Assembly: GCA_043228905.1 (NCBI GenBank) | Contig: JBHGNT010000014.1 | Span: 9,734,001-9,798,000 of the forward strand | Direction: 5' to 3' | From: Azolla caroliniana | Taxonomy: Eukaryota > Plantae > Polypodiophyta | Length of the DNA: 64,000 bases | Shown: one piece after another, positions 37,701 through 50,000 of the stretch | Position numbering within the stretch: position 1 is the stretch's first letter | How the letters are laid out: every line of letters starts with the position of its first letter | Program-made: the position numbers and the translations under genes | The notes under the pieces: generated by a model | The model's database searches: none | Seen by the model: the letters and a program-made list of their open reading frames with translations, nothing else | What the model was told of the DNA's origin: nothing

Positions 37701-40015
37701 CAAATGCATGGAGTGGAAAAAATGCAAGACACAAAATATGATGATAAAAAGGGAAAACAGAAAATGCAAGAATATGAAATGCTTGATGATGGATCTAGAA
37801 ACATGGAAGATCTAGATTCAGATACATCATTGGATGATGAGCTTGGTATAGGATCCCTAAAAATCCTTGGTATGGAAAGAGCAATGAAGGATGCAAATCA
37901 GAAACTTAGAAGATTAGATAGAGAGAAAAAGATTGTTGAAAGATTTTGTTATGATACATATATGGCTATGCACTATGCATATATGTCTAAGGTGGTACAG
38001 ATCCCTGATCCAAATAATTTCGAAGAAGCAAAAGCTGAGAAGAAATGGGTGGATGCAATGCAAGAAGAGATTGATGCATTGGCCGAAAACAGAACATGGG
38101 ATTTAGTGAAGTTACCAAAAGGAAACAATGTGGTAGGTTGTAAATGGGTCTACAAGACAAAGCATGATTCCAATGGAAATGTTAGTAGACATAAAGCAAG
38201 ACTTGTGGCAAAGGGATATGCCAGATGCAAGGTATTGATTATGATGAAACATTTGCACCGGTTGCAAATATGGCAACATTGAGGACATTACTTGTTGTAG
38301 GTGCAGCCAGAAGATGGGTTTTGCATCATATGAATGTAAAAAATGCTTTTTTACATGGTAACTTAGAAGAGGAGGTATATATGTGTCAACCACCAGGTTT
38401 TGAAGACAAGAAGCATCCAAAATATGTATGTAAGTTGAAAAAGGCTCTTTATGGACTGAAACAAGCACCAAGAGCATGGCACAGGGAACTTTTAGAATCT
38501 CTGAAAAATTTTGCTTTCAAATGTCAAAGGTTGATCCTTCATTGTATGTAAAAAGGATGAATGAGTGCATCGTTGTGATCTTGATATATGTTGATGATCT
38601 AATCATTGGAGATGATTCTATGGAAGAGATAAGTAAGTTGAAGAAAAATCTGGAAATGCAATTTTAGATGAAGGATTTGGGAGAGCTGAGATACTTTCTT
38701 GGCATTGAGATAATAAGATCTGAGAGTGGTATATATATGTTGCAAAAACAATATGCAACAACTATGTTGAAGAAGTATGGTATGCTTGGATGCAAACCTA
38801 TTGGTATACCACTAGATAAGAACTGCAAATTGAGGTCTGATTTGGGAGCCAAAATAGAAGATGTAAATATGTACAAGTCTATGGTGGGTAGCCTCATATA
38901 TTTGACCATAACAATACCTGATTTGAGCTATGTTGTTGGATTAATCAACCAGTTTATGCAACAGCCAACAAAGCCACATTTGGACTACATAAGAAGAATT
39001 TTGAGGTATGTAAAATCTACTCAAAATTATGGACTGTTTTACAGGGCTGATCTGGACATAAACCTGGAAGGATATACAGATGTTGATTGGGTTGGAAGCC
39101 AAACTGACAGAAGATCCACAAGTGGATATATGTTTACATTGGGAAGTGCAGCTATTTCATGGAGTGGCAAGAAACAAGCTATTGTTGCATTGTCAAGTAC
39201 TGAAGCTGAGTATAGAGGAGCTGCAATAGCTACCTGTGAAGAGGTATGGATCAGAAGATTTCTTTCTTATTTGGGAGAATATATAGATGGTGTTGTTACA
39301 ATTTGGTGTGACAATATCAGCAGCATTCAGTTGGCAAAAAACCCAGTGTTCCATGCAAGAACAAAGCACATTGAAGTGCATTATCGCTTTGTTAGGGAAA
39401 AAGTGATTGATGAAGAAGTGGATCTATGTAAGTACAAATCAGCAAGTTGCTAATACTCTTACAAAGGGATTGAGCATGGAAAAACATAGACAGTCTAGAG
39501 ACATGATGGGAGTTATAACCATCGGCATGGTAGCTGAAAAGCATGAAGAAAAGAGGATTGAAGATGACCCCAAGAAAGAATAAGTTGAGCTTGAGGGGGA
39601 GTGTTGAGAAGCAAGCTCAACAAAGGTATATGATGCTTATTGAGAAATAAGCTATAGTAGTTATTAGCTAATTAGCTACTAGTTGACATAGAGGTGAAAC
39701 AACTATTTAGCGACAAACAGCTATTTAGCTACAAACAACTAATTAGCTGCATATATAAGTCACTTATAACTTAGGTAAAAAGTAAGTAGAAAAGTAGAAG
39801 TGTAAAATAGTAAGTAGAAGAGTGAGAGTAGTGCAGAGAGTAGTAAGAACAGAAAACTAACGAGAGCAAGTTGAGCTCTACGTGTAATGAAGTAGAAGCT
39901 TTTGGACTATGCAAAGGTAAGTCTCTTTCCCCTTTCTTTTCTATCTTGAGCACTAAACGATCCAGCACATCACGATCCATTCTGCACATAGAAGAGCCGT
40001 AGCGCCTTCGTAACA
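34717..40015 (+). mobile_element. Full-length but frameshifted Ty1/Copia; 414-bp LTRs; TSD TATAT
   Basis: LTRs 34717-35130 and 39602-40015 (about 30 mismatches by eye); PBS TGGTATCAGAGC 35131-35142; PPT 39591-39601. Gag, CWYCGKPGHTQAEC, WYVDSGASNHM, INT RSDGGGEY, RT YVDDL, RH. Removal restores the host frame WWPGIYKSVHDF. Confidence 0.97.
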
Positions 40016-41754
40016 TATATAAGAGCGTGCACGACTTCGTGTCAACATGCGAAAGCTGCCGGATGCAGTCGGTGGTTCGACACCGCGACGAACTGCACCC
40101 AACATACCCACCGGCCGTGCACTTCAAGTGGATGGTCGACTTAATGACGATACCAATGGGAGAAGGCCAGAAGCGATACCTGGTGTTGGCAAGGGAAGAC
40201 CTAACGAACCAGGTGGAGGGCCAAGCATTGACAAACAAGACCATCGTGGTGGTGTGCAAGTTTATGATCGAAGATGTCATATGCTGATACGGGTGCGTAG
40301 GAAAGATTGTGGCTAACCGAGGGGAGCTAGATGCGGAGGAGGCTGAGGAACTGTTCGACCGGTTAGGCGTAAAACTGTCCCTCACAACGGCGTACAACTC
40401 CGAAGCAAATGGAAAGATTGAGCGAGGCCACGGTCCGATCGTAAAGGCCATTGTGCGTGCATGTGAAGGACGAGTCGATGACTGGCCGACGTTGCTCCCT
40501 TACGCGCTATGGGCGGACAGGACTACCCATAGTTCGGTGATAGGGTACATGCCGGCGAAACTTATGTATGGGCAGAAACCCATCATGCCAGTGGAGTGGA
40601 CGATCGCCTCCTGGACGGCGATCGATTGGGCTAACGAAATGAGCCGAGAAGAGTTGCTGGCAGCACGCATCCGACAACTCGAGCGAAGGCCGGAAGACAT
40701 AGAACGGGCCACGGCAAGGGTGAAAGAAGCGAGGATCCGGAACAAGGCCAAGTTCGACCAAACACACTAGCTCCGGCCGAAGAAGATAGAGGAAGGCGAT
40801 TGGGTATTAGTTTACAATAGCAGCCTCAACAACCAACATCGGTCTACGCATAAGTTCGCAAAATGGTGGTTCGGGCCATACGTGGTAATCAGCGCCAATG
40901 AATACGCGATGTATCATCTCACGAAGCTCGACGGGACTCGAATTAGGACACCGGTGGCCGGGAAGCAGATGAAGGCCTTCAAGAGGCGGAACGAGGCGGA
41001 ACGAGACCCAGCGGTGGGAGCCGAAAGCAGCAATTCAGAAGAGGAGGACGAGTAGCAGATGGCCCTAAAATCCCTCACTAAATTCGCTATCCGGCACATA
41101 CCAGAGGATGTGCGGTTTGGTGGGGGTGGATGTCGTGAAGATTCCGGGCCATAGGAGGAAATGGTGTGAAACACATGGGAACACTAGTGTGCACGAGTGC
41201 ACATCCCTACTGAATTAAACTATGTAAATACTAGGTATTGGTAGGATGAGGGGTGCTAGGTAGTTAGAGCATTAATAGGAGTTCCGACGTCACGTAGGGG
41301 GGAGAGTTACGAGGAGAGAATCTAGGGAGGATAGTGATAGGTCTTAAAGGCTTTTGTAACAGTCGCTCCTTTTGTAGCGATAGGGGCAGCCTCAGACTGT
41401 TTTAGGGACGCCATCTAGAGGAGAAGAGGGGAGGCAAATGAGAGCTTGTACGCACTACAAAGTCCTACGGCTAATGACTAGAAGGCGCTCCTCCCCCCCC
41501 TGCTCGAGTCAGATGCCCGATTGCTCCCGACCAGGGGGGTCGACCTTCCACGTACCTACGTATCTCTTTGAGTATCTAACTATTGGGGAGTTCTACACTC
41601 CATCACCGGCGATGATCTGGTTGTAATCATTTACCGCACTGTGCGCGCGTTTTAATTAATATAACCCTATCTGCTTAATATAACCCTATCTGCTTAATAC
41701 AAGTTCTTCACCACGTCTCTGTCTATCTGTTTGCGTGGGTGTTTGTGGCTACGC

Positions 41755-41843
<89 letters not shown>
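41755..41843. repeat. (CT)n microsatellite within the Gypsy LTR
   Basis: Roughly 90 bp of uninterrupted CT. Confidence 0.95.
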
Positions 41844-41846
<3 letters not shown>

Positions 41847-44063
41847 ACTACAGTTCTCTGTCTACCGCAGTCTCGTCGCCTACGCGGAGTGCGGACTCTC
41901 CCCACCTCACTTCCCTGATTCCTTGGTTCAAGACCCCCGTGGTCCTACCCCATTTCTACGCATCCGCGTGAATCTCCGCGACAGCGTAAGTTGAGACATC
42001 GTTTTTGACAAGTCCACATCCTAGTATGCACCAGAGACAACTTCGACTCCAATTCCGCTCGACCTAGAATCCGCCGAACAAGAGATAGAGGATGAAGATC
42101 GCCTTATGCATATGTTCGAAGAAAGTTCGATCACGACCCAACTGAGCGGACCACAAGAGCCTCCGAGCGATCAAAGCACATCTCGACCGAGTCCGAAGCT
42201 AGACAAAGGGAAGGCCAAATTTTGAAGTATGAAGACGATCATTTCGACGGCATCGAATCGACTCACTCCCTTGATAGTGAGTTCGAAGGCCTTGACATCC
42301 GGACAAATGGAGTGAAGAAAGCCTTAGAATCCGCAAACAAGAAGCTTCGAAGATCCACCCATGAAAAGAACCATGTAAGCCGATTCGGTTATGATGAGTA
42401 CATGGCATACCATACGCATTTATGATGAAGGTGGCAACAGTGCGGGAGCTGGAAACCTTTTCCAAAGCCGTGATGGACCCGCGATGGATCGAAGCAATGA
42501 ACGAGGAGATGCGTGCACTACGCAAGAACAAGACATGGGATCTCGTTCCCCACTCACCGCACAAGAAGGCAATTGGCGGCATATGGATCTACAAGGTGAA
42601 GTATAATTCCGACAGCTCCATCAACCGCTACAAAGCTCGACTCGTAGCGAAAGGATACGCACAAACACATGGAGTCGACAATGAAGAGACCTTTGCCCTG
42701 GTGGCAAAGATGACGACGATGTGGACCGTAATTGCACTCGCAACGGCGAAAGGGTGGCACCTCCACCAGACGGACATCAAGAACGCTTTCCTCCAAGGGG
42801 AATTAGAAGAGAAGGTGTACATGGTACAACCTCCCGGCTTTGAATCGCACATTCATCCGAAAGCCGTGTGCCAACTCAAGAAGCCACTCTACGGCCTCAA
42901 GCAAGCACCGCATGCTTGGCATTCGAAGATTACGCAATATCTTCATCAAATCAGTTTTTGCATGTCGAAATCTGACAACTCCCTCTACGTACGACATGAC
43001 TCTAGAAGCTTAATTGTGATCATCCTATACGTGGATGATCGGGTCATTCGAGGTGAAAGTCTAGTCGACATCAACAAGGTCAAGTCCCTCCTCTCCGGAA
43101 AATTCGGGATGACGGACATGAAGGAGCTCCATTACTTCCTGGGCATCGAAGTAATTCGGATTCCGACTAGCATTATGATCTCTCAACTGCACTACATCCT
43201 CAACTTGTTAACAAGTTCGGGATGACTGAGTGCAAATCGGTGGCCGCTACGCTGTCGGGGTAGTTGTGCTTCGTGCGGCGAAGTCGCAGGGACTAAGGTT
43301 AAGGGGAGTTGAAGGAACTTTTATTAGGCTTGCGCGCAAATGTTAGGAAGATAAAGGATATGAGGAATAATAGTTTAAAGTAATATGTGTGAGAGAGAGA
43401 CTAGTATAGATAAAAGATAGAGGCAATGTATGATTCAAGACGCAAGATAGAGACAAAGTATGATTTAAGACAAAAAAATATATGATATGAACATGACGTA
43501 TATTATGAATACAAGATTTTACCAACTTTACAATGTTTGGTAGCAAGATGAACCCTTTCTCTACCGACCCTTGATTCGAACTCTTGACTCCAACTTGGAA
43601 ACACAAGCCTCTTCACCAACAAGCTAACTTGTTTGTTTCTTTGATTATCTTATTTCTCTAACTTTCTCTTGATTCCCCCTTTTTTCATCCCTTAATTCCT
43701 TGCCTCTCTTTATAGGTTCTCTCATGCATATGATGATATGGGGGTGCATTGCATGCATGTAATGCATGTGATGCATGTGATGCATGATCGCCATTTGGTG
43801 CACATGCTTTACATGTGATGCATGATAGCCATCATGCTCATCTAAACTCTAATGTATGAAGAAACGTGTCATAAGTATGATAAAAATATAACTATAGAAA
43901 ATAACTTATCTTAATGGTATATGCTTCGTCCTTGGTGTGTGAGGTTATGGGTTCAAGTCTCTCAAATGTTACTTAATACAATATTCAAGTTTATTTTTAT
44001 ATCGTGAAGCAAATCCTTCACGACACCCAGCCCCTCTGAACTTGCACACTAGTTGTGCAAAGT

Positions 44064-45071
44064 TCATCCAAAGTCTTGGAAAAACTCTTCATTCCATTTC
44101 TGAACTGGATGTTCCCTCAAGCATTCTTTGTTTCTTTCATGGTTGGGCCTCACGGTTAAGAATTGGACAGTCTTTCTTCCATCTTGACTCTTGATTCTCG
44201 CGAAAGCCGAACCATCATCAATAACCTTTGTTTCCATCCTCATTGCAGTGATGTAGGGCTGACCAAGGATGACGGGGTAGGTTGATCGATCCTGCACAAA
44301 GAAATTTTGATTCACTGACACATCACCAATTGTTACCTTCACACTAGGACATGCTCCAAATAGATCCTCCGTAGTCTCTGTGGCAGCTCTTATTTTCCAC
44401 CCATGATTCTTGTCGATCGGCCATCGTCCTCGAGCGTAAAATTCCGATGACATCATGTTAATCTCGGATCCATGATCGATCAAAGCAATACATGGAATTT
44501 GCTGCTCCCCAATTTTTGCAGGTGCCTCCGTTGTTGCTCGAGCCCAATGGTCCCTTGTATAGTGACTCCTATCCCCTTCATGGACGCCAACATCATTCTG
44601 GTTTTTTACACTTGCAGCATTGATGGTGCCAGAATACAAATCTTGGAGTGTTGTTGCACACCCTCCCGTAATTTCCTCCGTCACTTGTCTCTTCCTTCTA
44701 ATAATATCTATGATAACTTCATGAAATTCTTTCTTTGCTATACCCAACACTTCTCTTAAAGTAAATTCTACCTTACTATTTAGTATTCTTGTTTCTAGTA
44801 CCTTTTTTATATCCGTCGTTTTTTCTAGGTCTGAGGCAAGCTTGAAAGATGGGCCTGTCTTTCCTTTTACTTTATCAGCTTCCTTCGGCTCAGTAGCACC
44901 CTTTTCCATCTCCCTTCTCTTCTGTTCTCGTGTCTCATGTCTCTTTGTTGGATCAGCTTCCTCAGCTCTCTTCCGCTCCTCTTCCACTAGCACATCTCGT
45001 GCATTCACTTGGGCGAATGCTGATAGCGCGTCTACTGGATCATTCCATCCAGTGAAGTTTTCGTATTTCAT
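44064..45071 (-). CDS. Gag C-terminal/aspartic protease part of the TR-GAG-like element (one-base frame break from gag)
   Basis: ALIDHGSEINMM and VILGQPY protease motifs; clearly homologous to 31922-32325 (QFLTVRPNHERN vs QFLTVRKNHEWN). Confidence 0.85.
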   Translation of the reverse strand: MKYENFTGWNDPVDALSAFAQVNARDVLVEEERKRAEEADPTKRHETREQKRREMEKGATEPKEADKVKGKTGPSFKLASDLEKTTDIKKVLETRILNSKVEFTLREVLGIAKKEFHEVIIDIIRRKRQVTEEITGGCATTLQDLYSGTINAASVKNQNDVGVHEGDRSHYTRDHWARATTEAPAKIGEQQIPCIALIDHGSEINMMSSEFYARGRWPIDKNHGWKIRAATETTEDLFGACPSVKVTIGDVSVNQNFFVQDRSTYPVILGQPYITAMRMETKVIDDGSAFARIKSQDGRKTVQFLTVRPNHERNKECLREHPVQKWNEEFFQDFG

Positions 45072-46182
45072 CTCCCGCTCTTTTTAATTCATCCACTCGA
45101 ACCTTCCCTTTTCTTGCATAATCCATCACATCTTGCCAAAAGCCAGATCCACCATATGAGTCTTCTACGTGCAACCCTAAGGTTGCCACGGATTGTATCG
45201 CTTGAGTCGTTTCTCTCTCGGCATCTTCCATTAGCTTTTTCATTCCTCCTCGCCCGAAGTTGAGTTGAAGTGGTTGTCGAGTCTCTGTCGAGTGAATCTT
45301 GCCCTCTTGATAGTAGATTTTATTATGATTAAGAGCATCCCTATGCTCTTGACAATCTTTCTTCTGGTGGTCGATACTATCACACCACATACACCTTCGG
45401 ACCATTCCACCTCCCTGCCTTGATGAAGTCGAGCTTTGTCCCGATTCTAGCTTTGTCACTTTGATCGACAAGTCTTTCATACCTTTCACCAATTCGTGTA
45501 AGAGTGATTCTTCTACTTTCTTTTCTCCCGACTCGTTCCCCGTTTCTTCATCATTTCTGTCGGGCAACTCCATAAACCATAACTTTCTTTTGCAGAAATG
45601 GGCGCACACCCTTTTCACCTCCTCCCAGTCTTCGGTAAGTCCACTTGGACTATTCTGATCTTCTAAAAGCATTCCCAAGTCCTTCCTGTCTTTAATATTA
45701 GTAGCTTGTAGAAACAATATTACTTTATCTGGCACTATTATATTTCTATCTCTAACATTTAGTTGCTCAAATCTTTCAGAAAACTCTTTTAATACTTCCA
45801 AAACACTTAAATGTTTATTAGACTCTACCCAATCCATGAAAGCTCGCCTTATCATCCTTGACATATCGTTGAGGTTGTATGCATTTAGCAATGCTCTTTC
45901 GAAAGTCGCCCATGTCTGATGTTCCCTCTGTAGCTCCTGGATCCTCTCTTGTAGCCCAATCGCAGTGACTCGACTAAAGCTATTAATTTTTGCAGCTTCG
46001 TCGACACCGCGTTTAAGCATTTCTTCATTATAAATCTTCAAAAATCTTGTTAAATTTATACCTTCGAAGATTCCTACTCGTGTGAGAATATTGTCGACGG
46101 CTTTGTCGATGCTTGCCATCATCCCTTGTTCCCGCATCACTCGTTCCATCATCGTACACATAAGCCTCATTTGCTCCTCCAT
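45040..46182 (-). CDS. Gag of the TR-GAG-like element
   Basis: 380-aa ORF starting just after the PBS; FEGINLTRFLKIYN, WATFERALL, zinc knuckle CMWCDSIDHQKKDC. Confidence 0.85.
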   Translation of the reverse strand: MEEQMRLMCTMMERVMREQGMMASIDKAVDNILTRVGIFEGINLTRFLKIYNEEMLKRGVDEAAKINSFSRVTAIGLQERIQELQREHQTWATFERALLNAYNLNDMSRMIRRAFMDWVESNKHLSVLEVLKEFSERFEQLNVRDRNIIVPDKVILFLQATNIKDRKDLGMLLEDQNSPSGLTEDWEEVKRVCAHFCKRKLWFMELPDRNDEETGNESGEKKVEESLLHELVKGMKDLSIKVTKLESGQSSTSSRQGGGMVRRCMWCDSIDHQKKDCQEHRDALNHNKIYYQEGKIHSTETRQPLQLNFGRGGMKKLMEDAERETTQAIQSVATLGLHVEDSYGGSGFWQDVMDYARKGKVRVDELKRAGDEIRKLHWME

Positions 46183-47056
46183 TTCTCCTCGTCGCCGCTT
46201 TCACGTCGGGTTCACCAAATGTGTCGGGGTAGTTGTGCTTCGTGCGGCGAAATCGCGGGGACTAAGGTTAAGGGGAGTTGAAGGAACTTTTATTAGGCTT
46301 GCGCGCAAATGTTAGGAAGATAAAGGATATGAGGAATAATAGTTTAAAGTAATATGTGTGAGAGAGAGACTAGTATAGATAAAAGATAGAGGCAATGTAT
46401 GATTCAAGACGCAAGATAGAGACAAAGTATAATTTAAGACAAAAAAATATATGATATCAACATGATGTATATTATGAATACAAGATTTTACCAACTTTAC
46501 AATGTTTGGTAGCAAGATGAACCCTTTCTCTACCGACCCTTGATTCAAACTCTTGACTCCAACTTGGAAACATGAGCCTCTTCACCAACAAGCTAACTTG
46601 TTTATTTCTTTGATTATCTTATTTCTCTAACTTTCTCTTGATTCCCCCTTTTTTCATCCCTTAATTCCTTGCCTCTCTTTATAGGTTCTCTCATGTATAT
46701 GATGATATGGGGGTGCATGGCATGCATGTAATGCATGTGATGCATGTGATGCATGATCGCCATTTGGCGCACATGCTTTACATGTGATGCATGATAGCCA
46801 TCATGCTCATCTAAGCTCTAATGTATGAAGAAACATGTCATAAGTATGATAAAAATATAACTATAGAAAATAACTTATCCTAATGGTATATGCTTCGTCC
46901 TTAGTGTGTGAGGTTATGGGTTCAAGTCTCTCAAATGTTACTTAATACAATATTCAAGTTTATTTTTATATCGTGAAGCAAATCCTTCACGACAACGCCT
47001 CTCGATCGAAACCTCAAACTAGATGTTGACTCCGGCACAGACGAGTGCAAGCCGAC

Positions 47057-50000
47057 TGTTGGAAGCAATGTCGTCAATGCGGAAGATCAAGAAGCACTCG
47101 ATTCCTGTTTATTCCCTGTGTATGACAGTTTCTATGTCGTTGCACAGAGAGAGAGAGAGAGAGAGAGAGGCACAAAAGAGTCTTTATTTCATAAAGAAGA
47201 ATAATACAACAACCCAACCTCACAAAGAGGTTACAAGGTCACTATATATAGTGACCGACTTAGGGCAACTACCCTTTATGCTAATTACATAAATGGCCGA
47301 AACGGGATGGTGTGAATACGTCCATTATACACATGTATTCGACACTCCCCCGTAATGGGCGTATACATGGGTTATCTAAGATTACAGGTATAGACTTAGG
47401 TTCTCGGACATATCAGCTTTGTTCGAGTCGGCAGGGTCCGAAGGCAGAAGACCGAACTGGTCGGGTCGGAACAGTTGAAGCCGATCATTAAGGAACTGAT
47501 GTCGGTTGTCGGGAACCATCCTGCTCTGTGTCCGGCTCTAACCGGACTGGTTTGTCGTTACGCCCATCTGATGCCGAAGAGACCGAAAACGGTCTGCCGA
47601 AAGACACTTGGTCATTCCATCTGCGACATTGTCGGTTGTGGATATTTTCTCTAGACCGATTTTCCCTGAAATGACGCAGTCCCGAACGAAGTGATATCGA
47701 ACGTCGATATGTTTGGAGGCGTTGTGGTGAACCGGATTTTTCGACAAGGCAACAGCACCTTGACTGTCGCTATAGACAACTGGAGCTGAGTCATGGTCGA
47801 CTTGTCGAAACGTGTGCGCCAGCCGACCGAGCCACAAAGCTTCTTTTGCTGCGTCGGACGCAGCTACATATTCTGCTTCGGTCGTTGAGGTCGCTGTGCA
47901 CTCCTGAAGTTTCGACTTCCACGAGATTGCTCCATTGCCGAATTTGAAGCAGTATCCGGTTGTTGATTTCCGACTGTCTATACAGCCGGCGAAATCCGAG
48001 TCGGTGTAACCGACTACGCCTGAGGTTCGGTTCGGACCGAAAAGAATGCCGTGATCTTTTGTGCCAGCCAGATATCTGAACACATGCTTGACTGCGTTCC
48101 AATGCGATCGGCCAGGATTGTGCATAAATCTGCTAACGACTCCTACGGCATGAGAGATATCAGGCCGTGTCGCGACCATCAGGTACATAAGGGAGCCGAC
48201 TGCCGGTGCATACGGTACCGACTTCACATCTTCCCCCTCCGAACCGGATGTCGGGCAGTCTCGCTGAGAGAGCCGAAGATTCATAGGGAGCGGGGTTGAA
48301 GCAGATTTGGCTGATTGCATGTTGAAGCGTTCCAAGACACGTCCGATATAGTCGGTCTGAGACAAAAAAAGATGTCGTTTATCGCGATGCCGACTAATCT
48401 TCATGCCAAGGATGTGTCGTGCCGGACCGAGGTCCTTCATGGCAAACTTCAACCGCAGTTGCCGAACGAGATCGGCAAGTTCGCCCGCGTGGCGTCCAGA
48501 AATTAGCATGTCGTCCACGTAAATGATGAGGAAGATGGGTGATCCATCTTGAGCTGTATTGGTGAAGAGACAATGGTCCTCATCGCTTTTGGAGAAGCCG
48601 ATCGATTGGATGAAGTCGTCGAACTTCTTGTACCATTGTCGCGGTGCCTGTTTGAGGCCGTATAGACTCTTCCTGAGTCGGCAGACTAGATGTTCTTGGC
48701 CGGTCGCCACGAAGCCTTTTGGCTGCTCCATATAAATTTCCTCCTCGAGATCACCATGGAGGAAGGCTGTTTTGACATCTAGCTGAATCAGCTCCAAGTT
48801 GTCGGCTGCCACTACGCCGAGTAGGAAACGAAGGGTTGTCATTTTCACCACTGGTGAAAAGATCTCGTCGAAGTCGACGCCATATTCTTGTCGGAAGCCC
48901 TTCGCAACTAATCTGGCCTTGTACTTTGGGGTGGTCGAATCAGACGTCTCTTTTAGTCGATAAACCCACTTGCAAGGAAGAGCACGTCGGTTCCTAGGTA
49001 ATTCGACCAGATCCCAAGTCTTGTTTGCCCGGATGGAGTGCATTTCCGACTCCATCGCCAGATGCCAGGTGGCTGAATCGACAGATGTCGATGCTTCTTC
49101 GTAAGACGTCGGTTCGCCGGCGTCAGTGAAGAAAATTCCAGGAGAATACCTCTCCGGAGGTTGCGACAGTCTCTCGGATCGTCGAGGTATGATTGGACTG
49201 GTCGCATCGGGTATCGAGGTCGGATGGTCCGAAACCGAATCATTCGGCTGTGCCGAGTCAGAGTTGTCCGAGTCGGTAGTGTAAGGTTCAGCTACCCGTG
49301 GAGCTGACCGTGTGTTGAGAGCGGGGCCTTCTTGAAGGGTCGGCACATCGGAAAATGTTACCCTTCGGACTTCGATCGGTTTTTCGACTGATGGAGTCAT
49401 AGCCGACTCGTTGAACACAACGTCCGAACTTCGGACGATTTGTCTGCGTTCGGGATCCCAGAGTCGGTATCCCATTTCGTCGTCGGATCCATATCCGAGG
49501 AAAATGCATTTCCTGGACCGAGGTGCAAGTTTTCGGCGATCATCTTTCGGAATAAGGGCGTATGCCTCGCATCCGAAGATCCTCAGCTTGTCGTAATTCG
49601 GCTTACTGCCGATCCATAGTTCCTGAGGAATTTGAAGTCCTAGAGGTCTACTTGGCGACATATTGATTATGTGTACTGCCGTGAGTAGAGCCTCTGCCCA
49701 GAAGCCATCCGACAGTCCGGAGTGTTGGAGCATGGAAACTATCCGTTCTTGGATTGTCCGATTCATGCGTTCGGCAATCCCGTTTTGCTCCGGGCTGTGT
49801 GGTGCCGTAAATTCACGTCGGATGCCGCGTTGTCGGCAGAATTTGACGAATTCATCGGATTTGAACTCTCCCCCATTGTCTGTCCGAAGGCATTTCAGCT
49901 TTCGGTCGGTTTGATTTTCTACCATAGCGAGCCAATCGGTGAAGATCGAGAAGACACGATCTTTGGTGCGAATTGGATAAGCCCACACCTTTCGAGTCGA

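Larger units (their letters stand above)
31922..41983 (+). mobile_element. 5'-truncated decayed Ty3/Gypsy (PR-RT-RH-INT, no chromodomain seen), split by the Copia at 34717-40015; PPT 41122-41130; 3' LTR 41131-41983
   Basis: Protease ALIDHGSEINLM; RT YSNRWFTVPKKNG..GDLYSGYDQFQL..LPQG..FLDNIPIKG; RH NAMADMLSR; INT HKSPWVGH..WWPG|IY..CESC, TAYNSEANGKIERGH, FGPY. LTR termini TGTCGTGAAGATT...AATCTCCGCGACA. Confidence 0.92.
43253..46994 (-). mobile_element. Complete non-autonomous Gypsy-derived element (TR-GAG-like): 773-bp LTRs, tRNA-Trp PBS, Gag-protease only, 4-bp TSD ACGC
   Basis: LTRs 46222-46994 and 43253-44025 (about 16 mismatches by eye); PBS 46200-46217; PPT AGAGGGGCTGGG next to 44026; ACGC at 43249-43252 and 46995-46998; no RT/RH/INT. 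Confidence 0.95.

Noticed and set aside
39771-40451. 226-aa minus-strand ORF, plus other antisense ORFs over TE pol regions and the transporter
   Set aside because: Shadow frames; this one crosses an LTR/integrase insertion junction, so it cannot predate the insertion.
41723-41994. RE-repeat and SL-repeat ORFs
   Set aside because: Translations of the (CT)n microsatellite.
45040-45075. Programmed +1 frameshift between gag and the protease ORF of the TR-GAG element
   Set aside because: The break sits at an A-run (CGAAAAC) with no Ty1/Ty3-type +1 signal; a one-base insertion or sequencing error explains it.
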